The position numbers and the translations under genes were made by a program. A stretch of 61,722 bases of DNA, counting the filler. It is 4 parts of 4 records of this genome, joined end to end, with 100 filler letters (N's around TTAATTAATTAA, not from the genome) between each part and the next. Parts side by side here need not be neighbours in the genome. Positions count along the whole stretch, not along the records: positions 18,075 to 31,956 come from SRR20825006_909; 3 more parts are not named here. The stretch is one strand, 5' to 3'. Under the pieces are notes generated by a model. It worked only from the letters and a program-made list of their open reading frames with translations. It did no database searches and had not been told where the DNA came from. Below are positions 20,199 to 29,382 of this stretch, piece after piece. Positions within the stretch are counted from its first letter, which is position 1, and each line of letters opens with the position of its first letter.

Positions 20199-20897
20199 TC
20201 AATTGATGGGTGAGTTCACTCCAAGGCCTGCCGCCACTCGTTGCAACATCTCTCGTTCTTCCTTCGCGACCCTGCCGTCTGCCATGGCAATCTCTGACAA
20301 GAACTCCATCACCTTGGCCTTGCTTTCTTGATCCAGAACATCGCGGAGCATCCCAGCCAAGTCGTCGGCGGACGGCAAGTCTTTGCCATGCTGCAGAATC
20401 ATTCGAAGACGAGCCTCGTCAAACCCTTCAAACACTTCATCACCAGACTTCTCAGCCGCCAACACTTCTGCTTCATCCACTTCACCGTCCGCCAAAATCA
20501 TGGAAGCAGCCAAAGCAACGCCGACCGCTTGAATGTCGATCAGATTGGGCGTTCCAGGCAGCCCCAACTGAGTCAGTTTCTTTTCCACGGCCTTGGGGTT
20601 TGCACCGACGAAGACTGCGCGAATCAGGTTGTAAAGAATCAGAAACGGGTTGATGATCAAAGACTTTGGGCTGAACCATCCCAACAGCATCGACATGCCC
20701 GCCTCACCAAAGATCTTCTGACGCACACAGGGCACGCAGCCGATGAATGACTTTGATCCAAACATCATGACGATAATGAATCCGCGGACATAGGGTGCGG
20801 ATGCGACCGCTTCCAGCGTTCGCTCATGGCAATAGGGACATGGATACTGAGAAACCGCAGCGGAATTCTCGTTCGCAATCGTTGCGTCTAAACTCAT
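20199..20897 (-). CDS. TerB-like domain protein with N-terminal Cys4 Zn-ribbon and hydrophobic segments
   Basis: CPYC...CVPC, hydrophobic stretches, and TerB signatures MILADGEVDEAE and IAMADGRVAKEEREMLQRVAAGLGV. Confidence 0.8.
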   Translation of the reverse strand: MSLDATIANENSAAVSQYPCPYCHERTLEAVASAPYVRGFIIVMMFGSKSFIGCVPCVRQKIFGEAGMSMLLGWFSPKSLIINPFLILYNLIRAVFVGANPKAVEKKLTQLGLPGTPNLIDIQAVGVALAASMILADGEVDEAEVLAAEKSGDEVFEGFDEARLRMILQHGKDLPSADDLAGMLRDVLDQESKAKVMEFLSEIAMADGRVAKEEREMLQRVAAGLGVNSPIN

Positions 20898-21390
20898 TCT
20901 TTGATCCCGGTCCTCGAGGTTGTTTCCTTAAGCTTCGAACAACACAGTTTGAGCATCATAGCGATGCCATCGAGCCCCTGCAAATATTCTTTGGAAAGAG
21001 CGTTCGCACTTCACACGGCGATGGCCACTGCTCATCAAGCCAAGTGCTGGTTCATGGATCTTTTGAGGCAGAAGCCTTGGGTCTGATTGCACACAACCCA
21101 AACAAATCCTTCACATTGCATGCACTTAGAAACGGATGAAGTGTCATCGCCCCTTAATCGATCGTGGCGAGGTCCTACTTGCTCTCAAGTACAGTAACGA
21201 ACGTACAAACAGCCAGAGCACAGGAAGACCATACTTTGCCTGGGCATCAAAGATGGCACGCGATGCGATTTCGCCTTACCACACCGTTTCGTTCAAGTGC
21301 GGTAGCAACTCGGATCAATCTTTCCTGAACGAAGAGGTTGTTAACTGGGTACCGCAGACATATTGCAATGCAATTGCCCTTGTTGCCAAT

Positions 21391-21413
21391 CACAGGCTAG
21401 AAGCCTATGCCAC
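21391..21413 (-). repeat. REP-like palindrome GTGGCATAGGCTTCTAGCCTGTG
   Basis: GTGG end plus AGGCT/AGCCT hairpin, about 35 nt downstream of a stop. A degenerate copy (GTGTCATAGGCTT) lies at 9951. Confidence 0.6.
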
Positions 21414-21449
21414 ATCTTTCAGGTCTCTAGAACTCTGAACTCTGGCGGT

Positions 21450-22484
21450 CTACGCCTCGATCGCCTTGTGAACAAATGATTTTTGTTCGTCTACCAAAGC
21501 GTCCAAGGATGCGAGATCGACTTGAGTGGATCGATCGATGATGGCACGCAAGCTGTCTGTTTCGTTTGCGTCGGGTTGGAAGAAAGTGGCACCGAAGAGC
21601 GATGCACCGCGAATCTCGCAGCCTCGCAGGTCAGCCCCGGACAAGTCTGCTCCTTCGAGATCGGCGCCGGTGAAGTTGGCAGCCTGCAGGTCAGCTCGTT
21701 GCAATTTGGAGTTGGATAGATTGGCGCCGCGAAAGTTGGCTCGCTGCAAATTGCAGGACCGGAAATCGGCGTCTCGAAGCAGGGCGTCGGACGCTTGCAA
21801 ATCCGCCAAGTCCCGATGCGACGCATTGATTCCCCGAAGGTCTTGGTCGCGAAAATCGCGTGATTCGATCACTCGCAACGCCGCTTGCTTGGTCAACGTC
21901 GGTGCCATGTAGCGTTGCTCACGCCAGGGGTCCGCACCGTTGTGGTAGCCGGCCTCGGATTCCCAGTACCCCAGACGCTCTTCTTTCAAGAACTCGATCC
22001 GGCGGATCCACTTCACGCTTTTGTAAAAGTACTTGCCAGGAACCACCATCCGCATCGGACCGCCATTCTCCGTCGCCAGCGGCTTGCCTTCGGCTTGCAA
22101 AGCGATGATCGGATCGAGTTCCCGCACTTCGCTGAGCGGTAGCGAGGTCGAATGATTTCGTTCACTCCGTGCGACAAACGAAACGAACTTCGCTTCGTCG
22201 GTCCAGATCGATGACACTGAATCGTGCAGCAGATCTCGAAGACGAACGCCAGTGAACGACATCGCCGGCTTCGACCAACGCGTCACGCAGTGAACATCGA
22301 TTTGCCGAGTCACCTGCGGCATCGCTCGAATCTCGTCGAGCGAAAACGTTGGCGAACTCGCGACACAGCCACAAATCTCCAGCGACCAAGGGGAATCGAT
22401 ATCGCCCGGATGTCGTTCACCAACAATGGGCCAACGATCACCACGAACAAGCTGCTGGTTGGGAGGAAGTGCGCTGTCAGTCAT
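21450..22484 (-). CDS. Sulfite-oxidase-family molybdopterin-binding domain fused to pentapeptide repeats
   Basis: DVHCVTRWSK, GGPMRMVVPGKYFYKSVKWI and GYWE motifs, then A(D/N)(L/F)xx repeats (ADFRS CNLQR ANFRG ANLSN...). Likely ATG at 22484. Confidence 0.85.
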   Translation of the reverse strand: MTDSALPPNQQLVRGDRWPIVGERHPGDIDSPWSLEICGCVASSPTFSLDEIRAMPQVTRQIDVHCVTRWSKPAMSFTGVRLRDLLHDSVSSIWTDEAKFVSFVARSERNHSTSLPLSEVRELDPIIALQAEGKPLATENGGPMRMVVPGKYFYKSVKWIRRIEFLKEERLGYWESEAGYHNGADPWREQRYMAPTLTKQAALRVIESRDFRDQDLRGINASHRDLADLQASDALLRDADFRSCNLQRANFRGANLSNSKLQRADLQAANFTGADLEGADLSGADLRGCEIRGASLFGATFFQPDANETDSLRAIIDRSTQVDLASLDALVDEQKSFVHKAIEA

Positions 22485-22543
22485 GCGAGAATCGTACACG
22501 CACAAGCAAATTCGAGCGAGAACGATGAGATTTTCAAATTCGA

Positions 22544-25500
22544 TCAATCCCGGTATAAAACGTGATTTCTCATGATCCAAAGTAGGTCTCTTCCTCGATT
22601 GATCCGTTCGATGAGCTGTCCATCTGCTCCGTAAAGCAGGACACCGCCGTTTGAATCGACTCCATATCGAGAGAACATCTTTGCGTTGCTGTCATCGACC
22701 GCAATTGGAATTTGAAGCTCTCCCGCCCATGCGGCTCTGCTTTCAGGTCCTGAGATTCTGTTCCCGACGACGCCAACGACTTGAACCCCTTGATCACCAT
22801 AAAACTGGTGCACCAGATTCGCTTCTTCGAAACTGTGTTTCGATCGTCCGAACACAATCAGACGAAAGTCCGCTTCCCCTGATACAACATCGACCGGATC
22901 GCCGTTCAACCAATTCGTTGCCCTCAGTGGCTGGATCATCTCCGGAGCCTGTCGATACCGGGCTAGTTCATTGAGCTCAGTTTCCAAAGCGGAGTGGACT
23001 TTGAGCTCAACGACTTCCCAGGGGGCCGCGGCAACGTCAAACGACCGACTGGTTTGCCGCAACCGTTCACCAAAGCTCGATCTGAATTTGCCATTTGCCT
23101 CGAGAGCGTAGTGGGCTCCTTCAATCAGACCATCAAAACGGACGGCACCCTCTTGGTCGGTTTGCTTGGTCCGTATGGTCGTCGACATGTCGCTCCCACG
23201 ATTTGAACGCGATGACACCTGGATTTTCAGCGAAGCCGGAACATCCACCAAAGCGTTGCCGTCCGAGTCGATGACAACGCCCTTCAAGCTTCCTTCGGGT
23301 GCCAGCACCATATTGAGATGAATCGCCTCGTTCGGCAAAATCGTCACACGAGACAGTTTTTTAGTCGGATGAATCGCATAGACCACCTGATTCCTTCGCG
23401 AACCACGAACGACAGCAAACGTTCCGTCGGCATCAGTCAGGATGGGCATTTGCCGAGAACCCTGAAGCACGATGGCATTCGCAACGGGCTCGCCTGACTC
23501 AAATAGCACTCGCCCCTGAATCGGAGCAGACTGGGTCGCGGTGAACGTCTTCAGTTGAACCGTTTGGTTGGCCGCAACATGGATTTCCCGCCGATCGTCC
23601 TCCGTCGCTTTCCACTGTCCCTGAATATCTTCGATTTTCACCGAGTACTCGCCTTCCGCAACCTCACCTTCGTAGTAGCCTTCCTCATCGGTGCGAAGGA
23701 GGTGCAACTGCCGATGATTGCCGCCAAAAGTGACCGACATTTGTCCAACTCCATTGCCCGTCTCCGCATCAACCACTCGTCCTCGAACCGTCCCCGTGCG
23801 ATGAAGCGAGAACTCCATCGTAGGCTTGTTTTTTCGGTAAAAATACCAGGACCGGCTGACGAGCGTTGGGTGCTTGATCGAGATGTTCGAGTTGGCATCA
23901 CGCAGTCGCGTCTCAACGATCCCGTCTTCGGGGACATCACAAATGACCATGAACACGCCACCGATCTCATTGACCACCACTTCGATCTTCGCCTGATCGA
24001 CCTTGTCTGAGTCCGTGGGACTCGTGACGACAAACTTGACCGGATTCCCCTTCTCAATCACGGCGGTCAAAGGTGTTTCCGAAAGAGGAGTTTCCCAAAT
24101 CGGCGTTTTGGCAAATTCGGGATGCACGAGCTGAACGTCATAAATCCGGCCTGGCGAAATGGAAGGGATTTCCATACGACCATTTGCGTTTGACGTTGGA
24201 ACGGACAAACCAAGCTGCTCCCAGACATCGCGGTACAGATACAGACTGGTCAATGTTTCGCCTTTCGACTGCAATTGAGTCAGGACAGCCCCAGCCACCG
24301 GTTGCCCGTCTTCGTCGACCACATCGACTATTCCGATTGCCTCTGGCTCCAGTTCGAAGTTCAGATCGAGCAAATCAGCATTCAATGGAGGCGAGAACAA
24401 GCTGCGATAAATAAGTCGCGATTGAATTGCATAGCCGCTCGCGTAAGAATAAATGGCCAGTGATTTCAAATCTGGGTTGGTGAGTGGGACGTCATTGAAT
24501 TCGAAACGCCCCTCCGCATCCGACGCATCCACCAAGCTCACTACTTCACGCTGCTCGCTCAGTTGGTAGAAGACAACCACCTTTGCACTTTCAATGGGCT
24601 GGTCGAATTCATCTTTGACAGTTCCCGAAACGGTCGAACTTTGCAACGGCTCTTCGCTAACCTCGGACGACTGGGTGACGACCGGAGTCTCGGCCGGGGA
24701 TTCGCTGGAGCCCGTGACTTGAGGCTCAACCGCCTCGACCGGGATCGCCAATTGGCTCCCCATAGCCAACACCAATAGAACTCCAAGCCCGATTAGCGAA
24801 CGACCTTTCCAAGACATTGCCGTTGCCCGATTTCGGTTCGCGTTCAACAGCGATTGAATTCGTTGTTCGAGCTTCCATCGCGAGGTGAACAAGCCGACCG
24901 CTCCGAACGGAACCATTGACGGACTCTGACGCTGGGTGATTTGCAATAGCGTCCGGCAATAGCTCAGCGCATCGCAATTCTCGAGCACATAGTTGTCGCA
25001 TATCTCTTCGCGAGCTTCTGCGAGACATCGGTTCAAACGATGAACCAACGGGTTCCACCAATGGATCGCCGATGTGAGGTGCTGAAGAAGCACGATCCAC
25101 TGGTCGCGGCGTTTCACATGAGCCAGTTCATGAATCAGAACTTGGCTCAAATCCGATGTCGAATCGTCCTGAACCATCTCACGAGGCAAAACGATGACCG
25201 ACTGGATCAACCGAGCGGCGATGGGAATCTCGACTTGATCAGAAACCACCAAACGAACGGAATCGGGTCGGAGCCCAATACGTTCGCAGGCTTCGACAAA
25301 GCTTTCACGCACGCGAGTGTTGGAGACAGGAGTGGATTCTCTCAGGATTTGACGCAATCGAACCAAGCCGACAAACACGCGAATCAATACGACGAGCGTG
25401 CCAAGCAACGACGCCGCGACCAGTGACGGAAACACCGACCAAGCCGCACGCATGATCTGATCTTTAAGCAGGTTTGCTTGGACGACAGGCTCCGCAGACG

Positions 25501-25933
25501 TTCCGGTCGCGATCGCGGGCTCGATCGCCAGTGAAGTCGCGGGCAAATTGCTTTGCAACGTTTTCGCATTCTCCTCCCACGAAACCTCGTCGTTCGGCAT
25601 CCACTCTGCGTGGCGCTCCATCGAATCAGGCACTTCCGTTTCGGCCGGCGTTTGCAACTGCAACGGCAAAAGCATGTTGGTTTCGCCGCCCATCATCGTA
25701 TCGCGTTCGCTGACCAGCGGACCCGACAACGGGTTGCGAGAAGCGATCTCAGGCGTTCGCAACAGAGCGATCCAGGCTGGGCTGGCAAGGATCACCACCA
25801 ATGCGGAAAGAAGTATCCCGTGCCGAGCGGTTGCAAACCTTTGCATCAATCGATTGACCGTCAACGCCGCAATAGAAACGAGACTGGCGAATAGCACGCA
25901 ACTGAGACCATAAGATGGAAAGTTCATTTTCAC
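22544..25933 (-). CDS. BlaR1/MecR1-type M56 metallopeptidase sensor with carboxypeptidase-regulatory-like repeats and a degenerate C-terminal thioredoxin-like domain
   Basis: N-terminal TM helices, HELAHVKRRD, HWWNPLVH, REEICD and LEQRI. Repeated G-x-V-x-D-x-x-G-x-P-(V/I) beta-sandwich modules. Confidence 0.85.
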   Translation of the reverse strand: MKMNFPSYGLSCVLFASLVSIAALTVNRLMQRFATARHGILLSALVVILASPAWIALLRTPEIASRNPLSGPLVSERDTMMGGETNMLLPLQLQTPAETEVPDSMERHAEWMPNDEVSWEENAKTLQSNLPATSLAIEPAIATGTSAEPVVQANLLKDQIMRAAWSVFPSLVAASLLGTLVVLIRVFVGLVRLRQILRESTPVSNTRVRESFVEACERIGLRPDSVRLVVSDQVEIPIAARLIQSVIVLPREMVQDDSTSDLSQVLIHELAHVKRRDQWIVLLQHLTSAIHWWNPLVHRLNRCLAEAREEICDNYVLENCDALSYCRTLLQITQRQSPSMVPFGAVGLFTSRWKLEQRIQSLLNANRNRATAMSWKGRSLIGLGVLLVLAMGSQLAIPVEAVEPQVTGSSESPAETPVVTQSSEVSEEPLQSSTVSGTVKDEFDQPIESAKVVVFYQLSEQREVVSLVDASDAEGRFEFNDVPLTNPDLKSLAIYSYASGYAIQSRLIYRSLFSPPLNADLLDLNFELEPEAIGIVDVVDEDGQPVAGAVLTQLQSKGETLTSLYLYRDVWEQLGLSVPTSNANGRMEIPSISPGRIYDVQLVHPEFAKTPIWETPLSETPLTAVIEKGNPVKFVVTSPTDSDKVDQAKIEVVVNEIGGVFMVICDVPEDGIVETRLRDANSNISIKHPTLVSRSWYFYRKNKPTMEFSLHRTGTVRGRVVDAETGNGVGQMSVTFGGNHRQLHLLRTDEEGYYEGEVAEGEYSVKIEDIQGQWKATEDDRREIHVAANQTVQLKTFTATQSAPIQGRVLFESGEPVANAIVLQGSRQMPILTDADGTFAVVRGSRRNQVVYAIHPTKKLSRVTILPNEAIHLNMVLAPEGSLKGVVIDSDGNALVDVPASLKIQVSSRSNRGSDMSTTIRTKQTDQEGAVRFDGLIEGAHYALEANGKFRSSFGERLRQTSRSFDVAAAPWEVVELKVHSALETELNELARYRQAPEMIQPLRATNWLNGDPVDVVSGEADFRLIVFGRSKHSFEEANLVHQFYGDQGVQVVGVVGNRISGPESRAAWAGELQIPIAVDDSNAKMFSRYGVDSNGGVLLYGADGQLIERINRGRDLLWIMRNHVLYRD

Positions 25934-26373
25934 CGACCTCGCTTTTGGGTGGATTTTGACTTGGTCTTCTTCGGAACACTCTCCTTCGCTTTCCCTGCTG
26001 CTTCGTCAATCATCGCCGTGATTCGCGTCGCCTCTTCTTCCGTGAGACCGCGGTATTCAATCAACGCCGTCACCATGTCCTCCGGTGAACCCGCAAAGAA
26101 TCGGTCCACCATTTGAGCGACCTTGACGCCCAAAGATCGCGTTTTCGGTTGAGCAGCGGCGTAGACAAATGTCCTGCCACATTCACGATGCTTTGCCCAA
26201 CCCTTGGCCTCCAAACGCACGATTGTTGTTTGGACCGTATTGCGTGCAACGTGGCGTCCAAGACTGGCGAGATACTCACGCACTTCACTGACTGTGGCTT
26301 CGCCGTGCTTCCAGAATATTTCCATGACCTCCCGCTGGGATTCAGTCAGCGGCGGCGGTGTGGAGTTCGTCAT
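25930..26373 (-). CDS. BlaI/MecI/CopY family repressor
   Basis: LTESQREVMEIFW, TVQTTIVRLEAKG, GRTFVY and DRFFAGS. Overlaps the M56 gene start by 4 nt; ATG at 26373. Confidence 0.9.
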   Translation of the reverse strand: MTNSTPPPLTESQREVMEIFWKHGEATVSEVREYLASLGRHVARNTVQTTIVRLEAKGWAKHRECGRTFVYAAAQPKTRSLGVKVAQMVDRFFAGSPEDMVTALIEYRGLTEEEATRITAMIDEAAGKAKESVPKKTKSKSTQKRGR

Positions 26374-26559
26374 TCGTTTCTCCCGGACCAAGGTTCTGCA
26401 AGAACGCCCCTTCGACGACAACCTGTAGGCATTGTGCCGACATATCGTAGGCAGTGCAAGTGGATTTTATCCAGAAGGTCGCGGCGTGCTATCTTGTTGA
26501 TGGTTTCGTGCAGCACGGTGTTGTCGCTCAACGCTTCGCCCAACACAGAGAATCTGATA

Positions 26560-26801
26560 AGACGTCTTTGACATTCCCTGCAACGCGGTGGTCGCTCGCA
26601 GGGCTGTTGTTGCTCACGCTGCTGAGTCTTTCATCTGTCCAAGCAGAGGAAAGCAACAACGGCGCAAAAGCTGAACTACAGACTTTCGAGCTACGGATCA
26701 TTGACCTGAAAGGCCATCCCGAACCATCGATTCTCGGTGCCCGAACAAGCGGGACGCGTGCGACCGATGCAGTTGACCTGGGGATCATTCAACTGGAATG
26801 A
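26560..26801 (+). pseudogene. Possible internally deleted remnant of a secreted carboxypeptidase-regulatory-like protein
   Basis: Signal peptide (RWSLAGLLLLTLLSLSSVQA), module start FELRIIDLKGHP, then after about 20 aa a module-end-like DLGIIQLE*. No clear ATG. Confidence 0.3.
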
Positions 26802-26876
26802 TCAGGTGAATTGAGATCGGTATCACGCTCGGTCCACATCGTTTACCAGCCAATCCAACGACAACCAGTCGCCGAC

Positions 26877-27203
26877 ATGAATCTGTTCGAAAACGTTCCG
26901 ACGCAGTTGCCATCGGAACTCATTGAAGTGTTGGCAGAAGGAGAGTCGGTTCGCATCGAGCGAATCGTCTCAACCGGACACGCCACCGATCCGGACAACT
27001 GGTACGACCAAGAACAAGACGAATGGGTGGTCGTTCTCAAGGGTGAAGCCAAACTCCGTTTCGACGACGGCGAACTGGTCACCATGACAGCGGGCGATCA
27101 TCTTCTTATCTCCGCCCACCGGCGCCACCGAGTCGAATGGACCACGCCCGACGAACCAACCGTCTGGATCGCAGTCTTCTTTGAACAGCTGCGCCAGCGT
27201 TGA
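26877..27203 (+). CDS. Cupin domain protein
   Basis: VRIERIVSTGH, WYDQEQDEWVVVLKGEA and HRRHRVEWT; ATG at 26877. Confidence 0.85.
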   Translation: MNLFENVPTQLPSELIEVLAEGESVRIERIVSTGHATDPDNWYDQEQDEWVVVLKGEAKLRFDDGELVTMTAGDHLLISAHRRHRVEWTTPDEPTVWIAVFFEQLRQR

Positions 27204-27603
27204 TGACCTGAGTGCTGGACACTGTCCAACAAGATGCCGGTCACGAAAACGAAATTGGGTGGATTCCGCGAAAAATAATTCGCGAAGAACTGTTGTCATC
27301 CGGCTCAAAGCTTCAGAAAGCTCCCAAAGACACCGGATCTATACACCTCACGCCTTGCGTGAAGCCGCAGCCCAGGCGTTTTGCGTCAGTGAGATAGCGA
27401 ATCACGCCAAGCCCGTTTTCTGAGACATATTGGCTTCTCCTGAGCCCTTCACGACGCTCAGGGAGTGACAAACACGCAACGGGCACTGTTTTTTGAGCAT
27501 CCTTGCTTATAGTATTCGCCATTGGGGACCCCCTGTCCGGCGGATCCTTCGAACGGCGTGTTCGACGCCATTCTGTTCCATCTCATCTTCTAGGGCAAAA
27601 CAT

Positions 27604-28785
27604 ATGAAACGCGTTTCTATCAGTCGGCGTGCATTCACGCTGGTTGAGTTGTTGGTCGTGATCGCAATTATCGGTGTCTTGGTTGGATTGCTTCTGCCAG
27701 CTGTTCAGGCGGCTCGCGAGGCAGCTCGCCGCATGTCGTGCAGCAACAATTTCAAGCAAATCGGCTTGGCGATGCACAACTATCATTCCGCCTACAACCA
27801 GTTGCCAATCCAGGGCACCGGCACGTTTCTCCCGACGACCAACGCCAACAGCGAAACCTTTCCCGGTCACAATCAGCGCAAACTCAGCGTTCTCGTTGGC
27901 TTGCTGCCGTTCATCGAACAACAAGGGTTGTGGGAGCAGATCAGCAATCCGCACATGCCAGATCCCGCCAATCCAAACCAGATTTGGCAGGCGATGGGCC
28001 CAGGTCCTTGGGTGGCTCAATACGATCCCTGGGTCACCAACATTCCTTCTTACCGATGCCCGAGCGATCCAGGCCAGGGACTGCCGGCTCTCGGTCGCAC
28101 GAACTACGGCGTCAACATTGGTGATGCGATCAAATGGACGGAATGGGGCATCTGGCGTTTGACTGGTGGCTCATGGAACCAAGGACACATCCAAGAAGTC
28201 CCGGGAAGCTGCCGCGGCTTTTTCGTCCAGCGTTCCAACAACAAGTTCCGCGATATCCTGGATGGTCTTTCGAACACGATCGCCGCAGGCGAACTGTTGT
28301 CAGACCTGGGTGACCGTGACGCCCGAACGTTGATCAACGTCAGTAACGGCTGGTTCCCCACCGGAGTACGTGGGTCCGCGAATGCTTGCGACGGTGACCT
28401 GGATCCAGAACGCCCACAATTTTGGATTCCTGGCATTAGCACCGAGAACAATGGAACGCGATCGCGTGGCGCTCGTTGGGCGAGCAGCGATGTGCCATTC
28501 ACCTGCATCAATACCATGCGTGGCCCCAACACGCCGTTGTGCTTTGGCGGCGGATTCGACTCGACCGGCCAAGCCTCGCCGAGCAGTCGTCACCAAGGTG
28601 GTGCTCACGTCTTGATGGGTGATGGAGCGGTTCGCTTTATCACCGATTCGATCGACGCCGGAAATGCGGACAGCAGCTCTGTCTTCACCGGCAACACTGT
28701 TCACCCGGCTGGATCAGAGAGTCCCTATGGACTGTTTGGAGCTCTCGGCAGCCGCGCCGCGAAGGAAACCATCGGCGAGTTTTAA
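27604..28785 (+). CDS. DUF1559 prepilin-type cleavage/methylation domain protein
   Basis: AFTLVELLVVIAIIGVLVGLLLPAVQAAREAARRMSCSNN, CPSD, DGLSNT and H-X9-DG (HQGGAHVLMGDG). Confidence 0.93.
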   Translation: MKRVSISRRAFTLVELLVVIAIIGVLVGLLLPAVQAAREAARRMSCSNNFKQIGLAMHNYHSAYNQLPIQGTGTFLPTTNANSETFPGHNQRKLSVLVGLLPFIEQQGLWEQISNPHMPDPANPNQIWQAMGPGPWVAQYDPWVTNIPSYRCPSDPGQGLPALGRTNYGVNIGDAIKWTEWGIWRLTGGSWNQGHIQEVPGSCRGFFVQRSNNKFRDILDGLSNTIAAGELLSDLGDRDARTLINVSNGWFPTGVRGSANACDGDLDPERPQFWIPGISTENNGTRSRGARWASSDVPFTCINTMRGPNTPLCFGGGFDSTGQASPSSRHQGGAHVLMGDGAVRFITDSIDAGNADSSSVFTGNTVHPAGSESPYGLFGALGSRAAKETIGEF

Positions 28786-28887
28786 TCGCACTACTGAATC
28801 GCTCGTCTCAAGTTCGATCGGATGAACTCCATCCGTCGAACTTCACCTTTCACTGACTCCGTTTCACACCTTTTGAAGAACAAAGAA

Positions 28888-29064
28888 ATGAATTTGATTC
28901 GATTTGCCATGCTCGGCATGGTGGCTTGCTGTCTAACCATCACTGGTTGCGGTTCAGATGAACCCACCGTGGTCACCGGTCACGAAGAGATGTCTCCTGA
29001 AGATGTCGCTGCCGAGAACTCGACGGCTGATCCAACTGCCGAGGTCAACGGCGAACAGTATTGA
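28888..29064 (+). CDS. Small acidic lipoprotein accompanying DUF1559 (58 aa)
   Basis: MNLIRFAMLGMVACCLTITGC lipobox and acidic tail. It lies between DUF1559 and a terminator. Confidence 0.7.
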   Translation: MNLIRFAMLGMVACCLTITGCGSDEPTVVTGHEEMSPEDVAAENSTADPTAEVNGEQY

Positions 29065-29096
29065 TCACTCCGATCGGTATCGAAAGAACGTTCATG

Positions 29097-29129
29097 AAAC
29101 GGAAGCACGCTGGTGCTTCCGTTTTTTTT
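29097..29129 (+). terminator. Intrinsic terminator
   Basis: AAACGGAAGCAC-GCTG-GTGCTTCCGTTT followed by a T tract. Confidence 0.85.
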
Positions 29130-29382
29130 GCCTGATCCCTGTGCATGATCTCAACGACAGGTCCATTGCGACAATGACCAAACCACGGATGACGCTCGGA
29201 TACGCGTTCTGACAAAGGATCCCCCGTCGTTTCGCGAAGCGGCCCACCCGCACCCCGAAGTCTATATACAATTAAGACTTACGGTTCCGGAGGGTTGAAA
29301 CGACCCCGTGGTCGAAATCGACTTGATGCGTCATATTGTTGGCCCCAATCAGATTCATCCCCCTCTGCTCAAGAGCCTTCCC

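Noticed and set aside
20901..21438. Short ORFs 20795..21139 and 21136..21438
   Set aside because: No recognisable domain or RBS, and the second runs through a REP-like unit. Degenerate DNA cannot be excluded.
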